Assembly: GCF_001194135.2 (NCBI RefSeq)
Contig: NC_068994.1
Span: 632,417 to 696,416, forward strand
Reading direction: 5' to 3'
From: Octopus bimaculoides
Taxonomy: Eukaryota
Length of the DNA: 64,000 nucleotides
Part shown: piece after piece, positions 9,990 to 21,075 of the stretch
Numbering within the stretch: position 1 is the first letter of the stretch
How the letters are laid out: each line of letters begins with the position of its first letter
Notes under the pieces: model-generated
Database searches by the model: none
What the model was told of the DNA's origin: nothing
Seen by the model: only the letters and a program-made list of their open reading frames with translations
Position numbers and translations under genes: made by a program

Positions 9990-11377
9990 CACAACCTAGC
10001 TAAAACCAAAATCCTAATAAGTAGGAAGGTAGATAAAACACAAACCCCTTCAGGTAGATGGCCCTGCTCAGTATGTAGAAAAGGAGTAGGTAGTAACTCT
10101 ATAAGATGTACCCGGTGCAAGCTATGGACACATAAGAGGTGCAGCAACATCAAAGGCAGGTTAACTAGCAAGTTAGTTTTTGTTTGTGGCAGATGTTCAG
10201 GTGCAATAAAGACTGCAAACAAACAGGAAACAACTTCTATCTCATTCCAGGGTGAAAAACTAGAGGTAGTCGATAGCTTCCGCTATCTGGGCGACCAAGT
10301 TAGTAGTGGGGGTGGGTGCGCTGAAAGTGTAGCTGCTAGAATAAGAATNNNNNNNNNNNNNNNNNNNNNNNNNNNNNNNNNNNNNNNNNNNNNNNNNNNN
10401 NNNNNNNNNNNNNNNNNNNNNNNNNNNNNNNNNNNNNNNNNNNNNNNNNNNNNNNNNNNNNNNNNNNNNNNNNNNNNNNNNNNNNNNNNNNNNNNNNNNN
10501 NNNNNNNNNNNNNNNNNNNNNNNNNNNNNNNNNNNNNNNNNNNNNNNNNNNNNNNNNNNNNNNNNNNNNNNNNNNNNNNNNNNNNNNNNNNNNNNNNNNN
10601 NNNNNNNNNNNNNNNNNNNNNNNNNNNNNNNNNNNNNNNNNNNNNNNNNNNNNNNNNNNNNNNNNNNNNNNNNNNNNNNNNNNNNNNNNNNNNNNNNNNN
10701 NNNNNNNNNNNNNNNNNNNNNNNNNNNNNNNNNNNNNNNNNNNNNNNNNNNNNNNNNNNNNNNNNNNNNNNNNNNNNNNNNNNNNNNNNNNNNNNNNNNN
10801 NNNNNNNNNNNNNNNNNNNNNNNNNNNNNNNNNNNNNNNNNNNNNNNNNNNNNNNNNNNNNNNNNNNNNNNNNNNNNNNNNNNNNNNNNNNNNNNNNNNN
10901 NNNNNNNNNNNNNNNNNNNNNNNNNNNNNNNNNNNNNNNNNNNNNNNNNNNNNNNNNNNNNNNNNNNNNNNNNNNNNNNNNNNNNNNNNNNNNNNNNNNN
11001 NNNNNNNNNNNNNNNNNNNNNNNNNNNNNNNNNNNNNNNNNNNNNNNNNNNNNNNNNNNNNNNNNNNNNNNNNNNNNNNNNNNNNNNNNNNNNNNNNNNN
11101 NNNNNNNNNNNNNNNNNNNNNNNNNNNNNNNNNNNNNNNNNNNNNNNNNNNNNNNNNNNNNNNNNNNNNNNNNNNNNNNNNNNNNNNNNNNNNNAAAAGC
11201 ACCCACTACACTCTCTGAGTGGTTGGCGTTAGGAAGGGCATCCAGCTGTAGAAACTCTGCCAAATCAGACTGGAGCCTGGTGTTGCCATCCGGTTTCACC
11301 AGTCCTCAGTCAAATCGTCCAACCCATGCTAGCATGGAAAGCGGACGTTAAACGATGATGATGATGATGATGATGAT
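9990..11377 (+). mobile_element. 5'-truncated RTE-type LINE (ORF2 C-terminus with PHD-type finger; N-gap 10350-11195; (GAT)n tail)
   Basis: NLAKTKIL...EKLEVVDSFRYLGD...ARIR is the RT C-terminal region of RTE-like ORF2; C-x2-C-x10-C-x2-C-x4-H-x2-C-x14-C-x2-C at 10065-10196; family 3' tail after the gap. Confidence 0.88.
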
Positions 11378-11509
11378 CTCCCTACTAAACCCAACAACTA
11401 CCACTATGTGCTGTATTTCCCCTTAAATCTAACAACTTAGAGAATCCAAGTAAGGCACCGCATTACAACATTAACCAGCTGTATATGACAATTAAAAGTG
11501 GAATGGTTT

Positions 11510-11700
11510 CTGTACAAAATTAATTGGAAACTGCTGGAACAACCTGGGACGCATCTGAACAGAAGTTGGTGGTGCAAAATTTCTTTGGCTGAAAGGAGAA
11601 TAATTCTAAAAAATTTGCTTGATCAAGATGCCTTCCTGAACAAAAAAGCTGAAACTATTAGTCAAAATCCTCGTGACAGAAAATACATCTTGGCAACGAG
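11510..11700 (+). mobile_element. Penelope-like element, C-terminal (GIY-YIG end) relic
   Basis: YKINWKLLEQ...NRSWWCKISLAERRIILK...FLNKKAETISQNPRDRKYILA resembles the PLE ending IKWKIL...CxLCLxEKxxIL...LNKRSELISKCRHxxKFLL. Confidence 0.6.
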
Positions 11701-11903
11701 GTCTTCTCCATTTTCAGACAAGAAAATGGCAGACCCATCTGCAGGTACAACCTACAGTGTACCAAGGGAGGTAACTCTTCCTTCCCAGAAATGTTATATT
11801 AACTCCTTTTGTTTCATTATCATCACCAAGTAAACCAGCATTAAAGAGGCTTTGCGCTTGCAGCCAGCAGGTCTGAAGGGTTGGCAATATTGCCGAGTGC
11901 AAT

Positions 11904-12090
11904 GTTATTTGTCTCAGTCATTTGACTGCGATCAGGCTGGAGCACCAACTTTAGTCAAGCAAATCAACCCCAGGACTTATTCTTTGTAAACCTAGTACTT
12001 ATGTTATTTGTCTCTTTTGCCGAACCACTAAGTTATGGGGACGTAAACACACCAGCATTGGTTGCCAAGCGATGTTGTGGGGGACAAACC
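11904..12090. mobile_element. SINE-like interspersed repeat
   Basis: tcagtcatttgactgcg...ctttgtaaacctagtacttat...gccgaaccactaagttatggggacgtaaacacaccagcattggttg, resembling an abundant octopus SINE (recalled, not searched). Confidence 0.55.
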
Positions 12091-12339
12091 AGGAACTTTT
12101 CAGCACCCTCTTGTGTATAACAAATGAATAGAGATTTGGAATTCAGACAGATACCTTATTAGTGCTATGATACAATCCAGTTCTGGCTAACCACATTGAA
12201 AGACAAGGAACATTCAGAATTGTTTAGGATAAAGAATTGAAGTGTATTTCACTCGATAGGTAAATCGTTTGTTCTCTTCATTGGATTTCATACAGCAGAC
12301 AGAGCAATAAAATCAAGAAGAATGGAAAATTAGACATCT

Positions 12340-12622
12340 TCAAGGTAATGTCAGATGACCAAGACCTCTGGCAATATGCTGTGCTTGAGAAGAAGGCCCA
12401 TCAAGCCAAGTGAAATCGTAGTCATAGCAGATACTGGTGTCATGCAACTGGCATGTAAAAGCACCCATTACACACTCAGAGTGGTTGATGTTGGGAAGGG
12501 CATCCAGCTAAGGAAACCATGCCAAATCAGACTGGAGTCTGGTGTATCCCCTCAGCTTACCAGCCTTGGTCACATCATCCAACTTATGCCAGCATGGACA
12601 GCAGACCTTAAATGATGATGAT
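12340..12622 (+). mobile_element. RTE-family ORF2 end and 3' tail (diverged)
   Basis: gacctctggcaatatgctgtgcttgagaaga...gtaaaagcacccattacactc...ccagcatgga...taaatgatgatgat. Confidence 0.75.
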
Positions 12623-13230
12623 ATTCCCATTAGATTCCAATCTGACACACGTTTCTGTTGCATAATTGCCCTGATGTCCTTTGATGTAGCATTTAAGTGC
12701 ATTTAGTTGGTTCAGTTGCAGTCCATATTCTTCCAGGACAGACATTCCTACACAGCTTTGTTCAAGGTTTTACCCATGCAGCAGGGGTGAACTTTGCTTC
12801 ATCCACCCGCATGAGTAAAACTCAGGATTTACCTATTAAGGGAAGTATTGTGTGTGTGTGTGTGTATAGAAGTAGTCTGTGTGTGATACTTGAAACAACT
12901 ACCTCATTGAAAGTATTCTAAACTGTGATGTCTCAAGAAAGCAACTCCAATAGAGTTATAGTGTTAAAAAAAAAAAAACCCACAGAAATTTATGAGTATC
13001 AAACAAAAAGTGTTCAGCAGTGATGGGAGCATTGCTAAATACATATGTCTGCCTCTTTGGGCTTCATCAGTAACAAGTGTCCACAGGTATTGCACACTAA
13101 AACGAAAATCATCTGCTATTAATATAGAAAAACAGTGATTGAAAAGTCACTGGTGTTGCAATTAGCCAAGAAGCTGAATAAAACTTTGTTATTAGTGAAA
13201 GAAGTAGTATTAGTCTAAAATAGCAAAAGT

Positions 13231-13465
13231 AATAATAATAATAATCCTTTCTACAATAGGCATAAAGCAGGGGTTAAGTAGATTACATCAACCCTGGTGT
13301 TTCACTGGTACATATTTTATCGATCCCAAAAGGATGAAAAGCAAAGTTGGCCATGGCAGAATTTGAACTCAGAACATAAGGACAGATGAAATGCTGCTAA
13401 ACATTTGGCCCAGGGTGATAATGATTCTGCTAGCTCGCCACCTTAATAATAATAATAATAATAAT
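13231..13465 (+). mobile_element. (AAT)n-flanked SINE copy
   Basis: (aat)5-cctttctacaataggc...aggatgaaaagcaaagttgg...gaatttgaactcagaac...tctgctagctcgccacct-(taa)n. Confidence 0.8.
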
Positions 13466-13469
13466 ATGT

Positions 13470-14390
13470 ATCCATGAAAATCTCAATGATTCTATGTGGT
13501 GAGAAGATTAGAAAATGACAACATTCCCCCAAAAAAGCCTACTTGGCAAGAGCGTATTCAGCACCAAATTCAGCCACTTAGGTCTGACATAGAATGTTTA
13601 AGAAACCTTAAGTTTGACAAGACTATCAAACCAACAAAAGTCCGAAAATTTGATACCATCATAGAAACTATCAAGCAAAAAGTTATGTGCTAAAGCTGGC
13701 TGCATAGCAAGGTATGAAAAGTGCGTTAGATTCTNNNNNNNNNNNNNNNNNNNNNNNNNNNNNNNNNNNNNNNNNNNNNNNNNNNNNNNNNNNNNNNNNN
13801 NNNNNNNNNNNNNNNNNNNNNNNNNNNNNNNNNNNNNNNNNNNNNNNNNNNNNNNNNNNNNNNNNNNNNNNNNNNNNNNNNNNNNNNNNNNNNNNNNNNN
13901 NNNNNNNNNNNNNNNNNNNNNNNNNNNNNNNNNNNNNNNNNNNNNNNNNNNNNNNNNNNNNNNNNNNNNNNNNNNNNNNNNNNNNNNNNNNNNNNNNNNN
14001 NNNNNNNNNNNNNNNNNNNNNNNNNNNNNNNNNNNNNNNNNNNNNNNNNNNNNNNNNNNNNNNNNNNNNNNNNATCAAGGCAGAGTATGTAAGATCTGCT
14101 CTCAGGAAGTCAAGCAAATGGAAGTCTCCAGGCAAGGATAAAATTCCTAACTTCTGGTTGAATGCCTTCCCAGAGAGCCATGATCTGATAACAAAACTTT
14201 ACAACAATGTTTTTGCAACAACTTAGTATGCTTCTCTCTTGGCTACTTAATAGTGTTACATTCCTACTTCCAAAAAATGAAGAAACAAATGCAAATATGG
14301 TAAAACTCTTATATATGTAATATGACATGAAAAACTTCCATTTACTGAGATTATCGTTGCAATAGGTACGCACAAACTCCCACAAGAGAT
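13470..14390 (+). mobile_element. R4/Dong-like non-LTR retrotransposon relic (N-gap inside)
   Basis: PPKKPTWQERIQHQIQPLRSDI (N-terminal motif) and KWKSPGKDKIPNFWLNAF...WLLNSVTFLLPKNEET (start of RT, WKxPGxDxIxNFWL motif typical of R4/Dong). Stops and frameshifts present. Confidence 0.7.
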
Positions 14391-14399
14391 GTTTAAAAT

Positions 14400-15221
14400 C
14401 TAAAAAACAAGGGAGATAACTCTAATGAGATGATCGTCAATGTCCACTTTTGCATGGGTCAGACGGAATCAGTTGAGGCAGATTATCTCCTGTTTGGATA
14501 CCCGCTCCTGTTTCCAATTCTCACCTATTTCCCATGGCTAGACATGCTTTTCACGGAAGGTTGGAAACAAACAACTTCACTTGTCTGACGGAGATGCTCA
14601 TATACAAGCGTACACATAAACACGCGCACACACGACCGACTTGTTTCAGTTTCTCCTGTGTTAGCACGGTTCTATAATTGAGACGTTCCAATCATGACCG
14701 TTTGTATATGAGAAACAACGTTGTCTGAATTCTTCTTCGCCTAAGACGACGATTGGGCTGTAATTTGAAGGAGATTTTACTGTTATTTCTAGCAGGTAAG
14801 CACAGAACAGGATGTTACAACCCCACCACCATCAACTCGACAGAAGAGTAACATTTATTGGAACTCTCCAGTGAAAAGAGAACAGTTATATCGCTATTAC
14901 CCAGCATGCAGCACGTGTGACCCTCAAACAATGAAGTCCTTCCTGTCGTTTTTCTTCGATTCTTTTTTATTTCCAGCGACCTTCCATTAGAGACCTTCCC
15001 TACTGACACTGTGATCCCACCATGGGGCACTGTACATAACCCTTCGAGAACCTCACACTTCACCCTCCTTCCATTATAATCTAATTTACCGCCGAAATTT
15101 CAATTTCTCCCTCCAAATAATTCCTCTTTCCAATTTCTTGAAACCCTAACAACCCTTCCTCCCCTAACCGACTTCTACTCTTTCTGAATTATTATAAATC
15201 CAGCCGTGACCATCACCAATA
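14400..15221 (+). promoter_or_regulatory. Putative TBP promoter/5' UTR region
   Basis: CpG-enriched relative to background and directly upstream of the first coding exon. Candidate acceptor ccag at 15203 and candidate donor gtaagc at 14796. TSS not determinable. Confidence 0.35.
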
Positions 15222-15275
15222 ATGGATCCATTAAATACTCACTACTTTACTACGGGACTCACACCTCAGTTACAG
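15222..15275 (+). CDS. TBP: TBP coding exon 1 (MDPLNTHYFTTGLTPQLQ)
   Basis: aatATGG start, 54 nt (same size as the first coding exon of human TBP, MDQNNSLPPYAQGLASPQ), CAG|gtaaac donor, phase 0 matching the next exon. Confidence 0.7.
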
Positions 15276-16445
15276 GTAAACTCCTTTGCATTTCTCTCTC
15301 AGCTGTTCTATTTATTTACTTCAATATTTTAAACCCGGGTTTAAAATTCCGTTTTGTTTTTACTACCTCATTCTATACCCTTCTGTTGCCTATACAATTC
15401 TACATAGCCTCATATTGTTATTAAATTTATTTTAATATAAGAGTCTTTTAACTGTATCATTTATCCTCGACACTTTTGTGAGAGGGGTCCAGTTTATAAG
15501 GAAATGCAGGTTTTAGTTAACACGCTGCCTTCAATGCTTCATGGTGAAAAATTCTCCGTAAATGTTGCCAGTTTGGAGTGTTAATAATTATCGTCCATGG
15601 ACCCAGAATCTAAAGAATCATTGAGTATGTCTTCATATAAAATAATTGCGTAGCCCTCAGCATTTGTTATAGCAAGCATTGGTCGCTGATATCGGACTCT
15701 TATTGTCCTGGGACCCCTCTACCAGCATCGGTCACAGCAGCCTCATTGACACTGATTCAATGTTATCGATATATACACACATGTATGTATATATAAATCT
15801 ATGTATGTGTGTGTGTGTATACATGTATTAACGACGATGGTCAGTTGACCTGTGGTCAAAGGCGTTCCCTCCGTGACCATACCATCTGTGGCAACATTAT
15901 CCAACGTGACCTTCCAATTTGTAAGATGGCGTCATGTAAGTTGAGATTTAGCTACTATTTCTGGTAGATCACGCGACCAGTTAGAAACTTCCTCTTAGCT
16001 GTTGCTGGTGGTGTGCTTGTTAATTAAACAGAATCATAGCCAATGCGTTCCAGATGTGACCATCCTGTCTTATCACACATTTCATATCACATTACAATAT
16101 CTGTTGTGTCCTTCCGTGTTTGATAAAACACAGGAGGGTGGAATTCGAAAGAGATATATTTGACTGTTATTTCTAGTGAGTGGGGTGTGTCATACATGGA
16201 ACGTGTAGCACGCTGCAGCACTACATGGAGACAAAAGATGAGGGCACAAGCAGACAGACAAGAGTGTCAAAGGAGACAGTTCTTCGCTTCCGGTTCAGAA
16301 ATGGCCTTTGTGTTTCTCACTCCCACCATCCAACATTGTCAATTCACACCCATAAAATACACTTGAAATCTCTCTCTCTCTCTCTCCTACAGTCAGTCAT
16401 GTTATTTGTTTCTATCCTCAAATAAAAGTGAAGTTTCTTTTCCAG

Positions 16446-16618
16446 AGTCCGATGGTGTCCCCTGCTTTTAATTTATCTTCGATTGGGTCATCACCAGTGA
16501 TGCCAGGATCTAATTCCAGTGTTTACCCACAGCCAACATCAGCCACTGGGGCCCCTATGACACCAATGACTCCTGCTACACCAACATCAGAAGGATCAGG
16601 CATAACACCTCAATTACA
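16446..16618 (+). CDS. TBP: TBP coding exon 2 (N-terminal domain, PMTPMTPATP repeat)
   Basis: ttctttTCCAG acceptor and gtgagt donor. SPMVSPAF...PMTPMTPATPTSEGSGITPQLQ matches TBP PMTPITPATPASESSGIVPQLQ. Confidence 0.93.
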
Positions 16619-17485
16619 GTGAGTTCTTGTCTTCAATGTCATAATCTTCACTCTCTCACATTCTCACCACACCTGCTCTACTGATTCGACAGGCATCCAT
16701 TCCCAGACCAGATGGCACATTAGGGTTCTTGAGTAGAATACTTCATTTCATCATTACCCCAGTCCACTTAGAAGGGGTGAAGTCTGAGGCAGCAACAGGT
16801 GGGCATGCTCAGCTTGTGTTCCAGGGTGGAGTGGGATATTGTACTCTCGGTCACAAGTGGCTAGCATTAGGAAAATTTTTTTTTTTTTTTTAATATTTGG
16901 TAAACATAGCTCAAATCATCCACTAATTTCTCATTTCCTCTGCTAGTTTCTACTGTATAAACCATTGTAATGGGTTGCTTGCATGGAAACATTTATCAAA
17001 GGAGGTACACAAGCAAACTGTAAACTAGATAACTCATTTTAAAGAAATTACCTTTCTTTAATTGCTAAGTTAGTTGATGAAGTTACCATTTTAAGAAAAC
17101 AGCTTTTTTTTTTCTTTATTTTTTCTTACAGCAAACTTTCTTAAAACCAGTTGAATCAAGGCTAATGTAAAAGATCTGGTTCCACACAATGGAATCAGAT
17201 ATGGAAGCTGGTCTGATGTCTAATGGCTTCGATAAATGTGATTTTAAAAAAACCAAATGTGATTGAATGTTTTGGTTTTTCTGGTTGTTGATTAAGAAAA
17301 AGATTTTCTTGTGGGGGATGTAGTGACACTAATGCAGGCCCCAGTAATTAGTACATCTGCTTATGATAAACTTGGTTTATTTTGACCACCACACATCCAC
17401 CCTCTTAAATTATTTCCTACAGACAATACTTTTTCTCTGATTTTCTATAGCATCATTAATTGTCATTGACATTTCTGCATTATTA

Positions 17486-17702
17486 TTCGAAAGACGAAGA
17501 GCTGGCAGAATTGTTACTGTACTGGGCATTTCTTCCAACTTAACATTCTGAGTTCAAATGCTACCAGGGTCGATTTTTGTCTTTCGTTCTTTCAGGGTTG
17601 ATACGTACCCATGCAACACTGGGGTCAATGTAATCGAATTATCCCCTCACTGAAATTGTGCCAAAATTAGATACCATTATTATTATTATTATTATTATTA
17701 TT
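17486..17702 (-). mobile_element. (AAT)n-flanked SINE copy in TBP intron
   Basis: gagctggcagaattgttac...ttctgagttcaaat...ggggtcaatgtaatcga...gtgccaaaatt-(att)n. Confidence 0.75.
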
Positions 17703-17831
17703 AACAAATTTCAGTTTTGCTCATGATGTTATTGAATTGTCCTTTTCTATTTCATTGATTTCTTATTGGTTTGTATGTGTACCTATATATGTATGTATAC
17801 TGTTTATATGGGTGTTTATGTATATTTTCAG

Positions 17832-18011
17832 AAATATTGTATGTACAGTGAACCTCAGTTGTAAGTTGGACCTGAAAAAGATAGCATTACATGCCAGGAA
17901 TGCTGAGTATAACCCAAAACGGTTTGCTGCTGTGATTATGCGAATACGAGATCCAAGAACAACAGCTCTTATCTTTAGTTCAGGCAAAATGGTCTGCACC
18001 GGTGCTAAAAG
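17832..18011 (+). CDS. TBP: TBP coding exon 3 (core repeat 1)
   Basis: [59 protein letters not shown](S); AG/GT boundaries, phase 2-2. Confidence 0.97.
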
Positions 18012-18334
18012 GTAGCAATAACAATAATTGCTGTGTTTTGCTTATCTTATTTAGCAATAAATATAAAAAATGAGCATATTTTAGAAAATATGTTAAATTT
18101 ACTCAATACTTGTGTACAATTTATGCTATGTAACTTCTTAATTATTTCTAATCAGTAGTTCTCTCATCAATATTTCAAATATAGAAAGTTGCTTTCTTAC
18201 TAAGATGGTCTAATAAGACTGAAATATGTCCATAGTTGTCTCCCTTGCAGTCCAAACTAATTAAAATATTGGTTTCCAAACTGTTTTTCTCTTGTCACAA
18301 CTTAATTGTTATGAATGGTAGTTCTGATTAATTT

Positions 18335-18810
18335 CGCATTGCAGTACTGGCAACGGCCACGCTCCAATGGTGTTTTTTACGTACCACCTGCACAGGAGTC
18401 AGTCCAGCGATACTGGCAACGACCTCGCTCGAATGTTTTGTTCACATGCCACCGGCACGAGTGCCAGTAAGGCAACACTGGTAACGATCATACTCAAATG
18501 ATGCTTTTTACGTGCCACTGGCACAGAAGCCAGACTGATGCTCTAGCAGTGATCCCGCCCGGAGGTGCTGTTAGCACTCCACTGGCACGGGTGCCAGTCA
18601 TTGAATTTGGTTCAGTTTCGATTTCACTTGCCCCAACAGGTCTTTGCAAGCAGAGTTTAGTGTCCAATGAAGGAGAGGTATGCATAAGTGGGCTGGCTAC
18701 ACCTCTGGTAAAGGCCACGGGTTATGGTCTCACTTGTCTTGCCGGGTCTTCTCAAGCACAGCATATTTCCAAAGGTCTCAGTCACTAGTCATTGCCTCGG
18801 TGAGGCCTTA
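18335..18810 (-). mobile_element. RTE-family ORF2 end and 3' UTR
   Basis: Reverse complement reads ggcctcaccgaggcaatgactagtgaccgagacctttggaaatatgctgtgcttgagaagacccggcaagac, followed by 3' UTR modules as at 49575-49905. Confidence 0.8.
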
Positions 18811-18899
18811 TTTCTGTCCTATCATATTTTAACTTCTAATCACCTGGCATAAAGCCACCTCCTTCAATACTACTTCCTCTCAATTGTGTTGGTTTGCAA

Positions 18900-19290
18900 T
18901 TTACTTAGTGACCTCTGGTGTTGGTGCCATGTAAAAAGCACACAGAACTCTGTAAGGTGGCTTGCATTAGGAAGGGCAACCTTCCATAGAAACCATGCCA
19001 AAGAAGACAGTGGAGCTTGGTGCAATCCTCAGGCTTCCCAACCCATGTCAGCCTGCAAAATGGACGTTAATTGATGATCACACACAATGTGGTTCTTCAG
19101 TTTTCACTTCTTACATTTTACTCCCGGTGGCACATAAAAGCACCCATTACGCTCTCAGAGTGGTTGGTGTTAGGAAGGGTATCCATTTGTAGAAACCATG
19201 CCAAATCAGACTGGAGCTCAGTGCAGCTTGCCAACCCTGGTCAAACCGTCCAACCCATGCCAGCATGGACAATGGATGTTAGAGGCTGAT
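18900..19290 (+). mobile_element. Two tandem diverged RTE-family 3' tails
   Basis: gtaaaaagcacac...ttaggaagggc...(gat) occurs twice. Confidence 0.7.
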
Positions 19291-19733
19291 GAAATGAACC
19301 CTAAACCTTGTGAACTACAACAGCCATGTCTGCAGCTGTTTAAAGATAAAATGATTGTGCATTTGTAAGACCTTTTTCTTTCTCCAGACATGTTTCTGCA
19401 ATTTAATCCGTTTCTGTAGAAATTGAATGCCATAGATATATACAGCCAGTTCAAGTTTACGAAATTCCATTGATTGGCCAAGGGGTAGCTCAGTTTTACA
19501 TTAGAAGATACTTGCTCAAAGTGCCTGAAACCATGTGGTTGGAAGGCAAATTTCTTAACCATACAGCCATTCCTGGCACTAAAGTTAATTCTACACTTTT
19601 AAAACTTTAATTCAGGTAAGAATGGAGAATTACAAAAATGTTGAAATATTTTAATTTTCCGAACTTGTAAATATCTTAACTCTTTTTTACTATTTCCAAG
19701 AATTGCATTTATGTATTTATTTTTTTGTTTCAG

Positions 19734-19797
19734 TGAAGATATGGCTAAATTAGCAGCACGAAAATATGCAAGAATTGTCCAGAAACTTGGATTTCCT
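19734..19797 (+). CDS. TBP: TBP coding exon 4
   Basis: ttttttgtttcag acceptor and gtgagt donor; EDMAKLAARKYARIVQKLGFP; phase 2 to 0. Confidence 0.96.
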
Positions 19798-20944
19798 GTG
19801 AGTATTTTTTCAAAAAAATTAGTCTCGGATTAGTTTCACAGTTTTATTCTTTATGACAAAACTAGAAATCAATTGGTTTAAGCTTCATGTTGCTTTCATC
19901 ATCATCATCATCATTATATTTATAATTAGTGTAGGGAATGGGAAGAATTATTAGTGCAGCAGACAAAATGCTGGCTTGTATTTATTCTTAACATTTCTTG
20001 TATTCAGAGCTATTATTGAACAGAACTACAGTCTAAGGTAATTAACTGCATTTTGTCAGGGTGTGATTTGTCGAAGAGATTGTTGTTTCCTTTGTGTAGG
20101 AGGTGAGAAAGGAATTTTGAATGATTTATTGATGAATTTCTAATTTACTAAACCTGAAACAGGGAATAATGCCCAAAGTGTTGTGCGAGTAATGTGGAGA
20201 AGATGAATCTAATTTGAGTGGTAATGCAGAAAGAACGGGGGTGGGGGCGATGAGGGTGAGTTGAAGGAAGTCGAGGCCATTGCAGTGGAGGTTTGTTTGT
20301 TAAATAACAAGTTTGATATGTTGGCACAATGACAAGGGAGACCATGCCACTCTAGTAGAACACAGAAGTAGAAATACAGGTAGTTAATTAATTTACTGAG
20401 ATGATGTTTAATTGTTCAGTGAATTGTGGGTAATAATTATTTTCAGATTTTTTAGAGGATTTCCATACATGGTGGGGGCTGAAGACTAAACAACTGATGG
20501 GATATCTCCCCATGGAGATCTGGCCTAGAAAAGATTACAACAGTATAGACTCTGCTGAAGGAGGCCAAGGTTGGCTGGATGATGCTCTTACCCTCAAGTC
20601 TAACACCCCTGTACAACAAAGTGGACTATGCTAAAGGCAGGTTATATTGATGGTTAGGTAACTGTTATCCTCAGTTAGCAGAACACCCCTATACAATAGA
20701 ATGGACTATGCTAAAGGTCTCCAGATGATGGTGTTACATGTCTATGAAGGCCAGATCAAGTTTACCATTTATGGGAGAGAACTGAGATCTGGTGTGACTG
20801 CAACAGTTTATAAACCAGCGAGGTTGGCCAGCAAGTGGTTGTGTTACATCTGTAACAGGCAGTGACTTTGTCACACCTGGTGTCTATCCAAAATTAAAGG
20901 TACACACATTAAGTATTAATGTATAATGTGTCAGGTGCATAGGA

Positions 20945-21075
20945 ACATCATCGTCATTTAGCGTCCGCTTCCCATGCTGGCCAGCTGAAGGCCTGTCGGG
21001 CCCCATCTCTGTCTTGGCAGGGTTTCTACGGCTGGCAGCCCTTCCTAATGCCAACCACTTTATAGAGTGCACTGG
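20945..21075 (-). mobile_element. RTE-family 3' tail copy
   Basis: catcatcgtcatttagcgtccgcttcccatgctggc...cccttcctaatgccaaccactttatagagtg. Confidence 0.7.

Noticed and set aside
19218-19562. Minus-strand ORF containing FYRNGLN (mariner-like end)
   Set aside because: Match is too short, with no other transposase motif.
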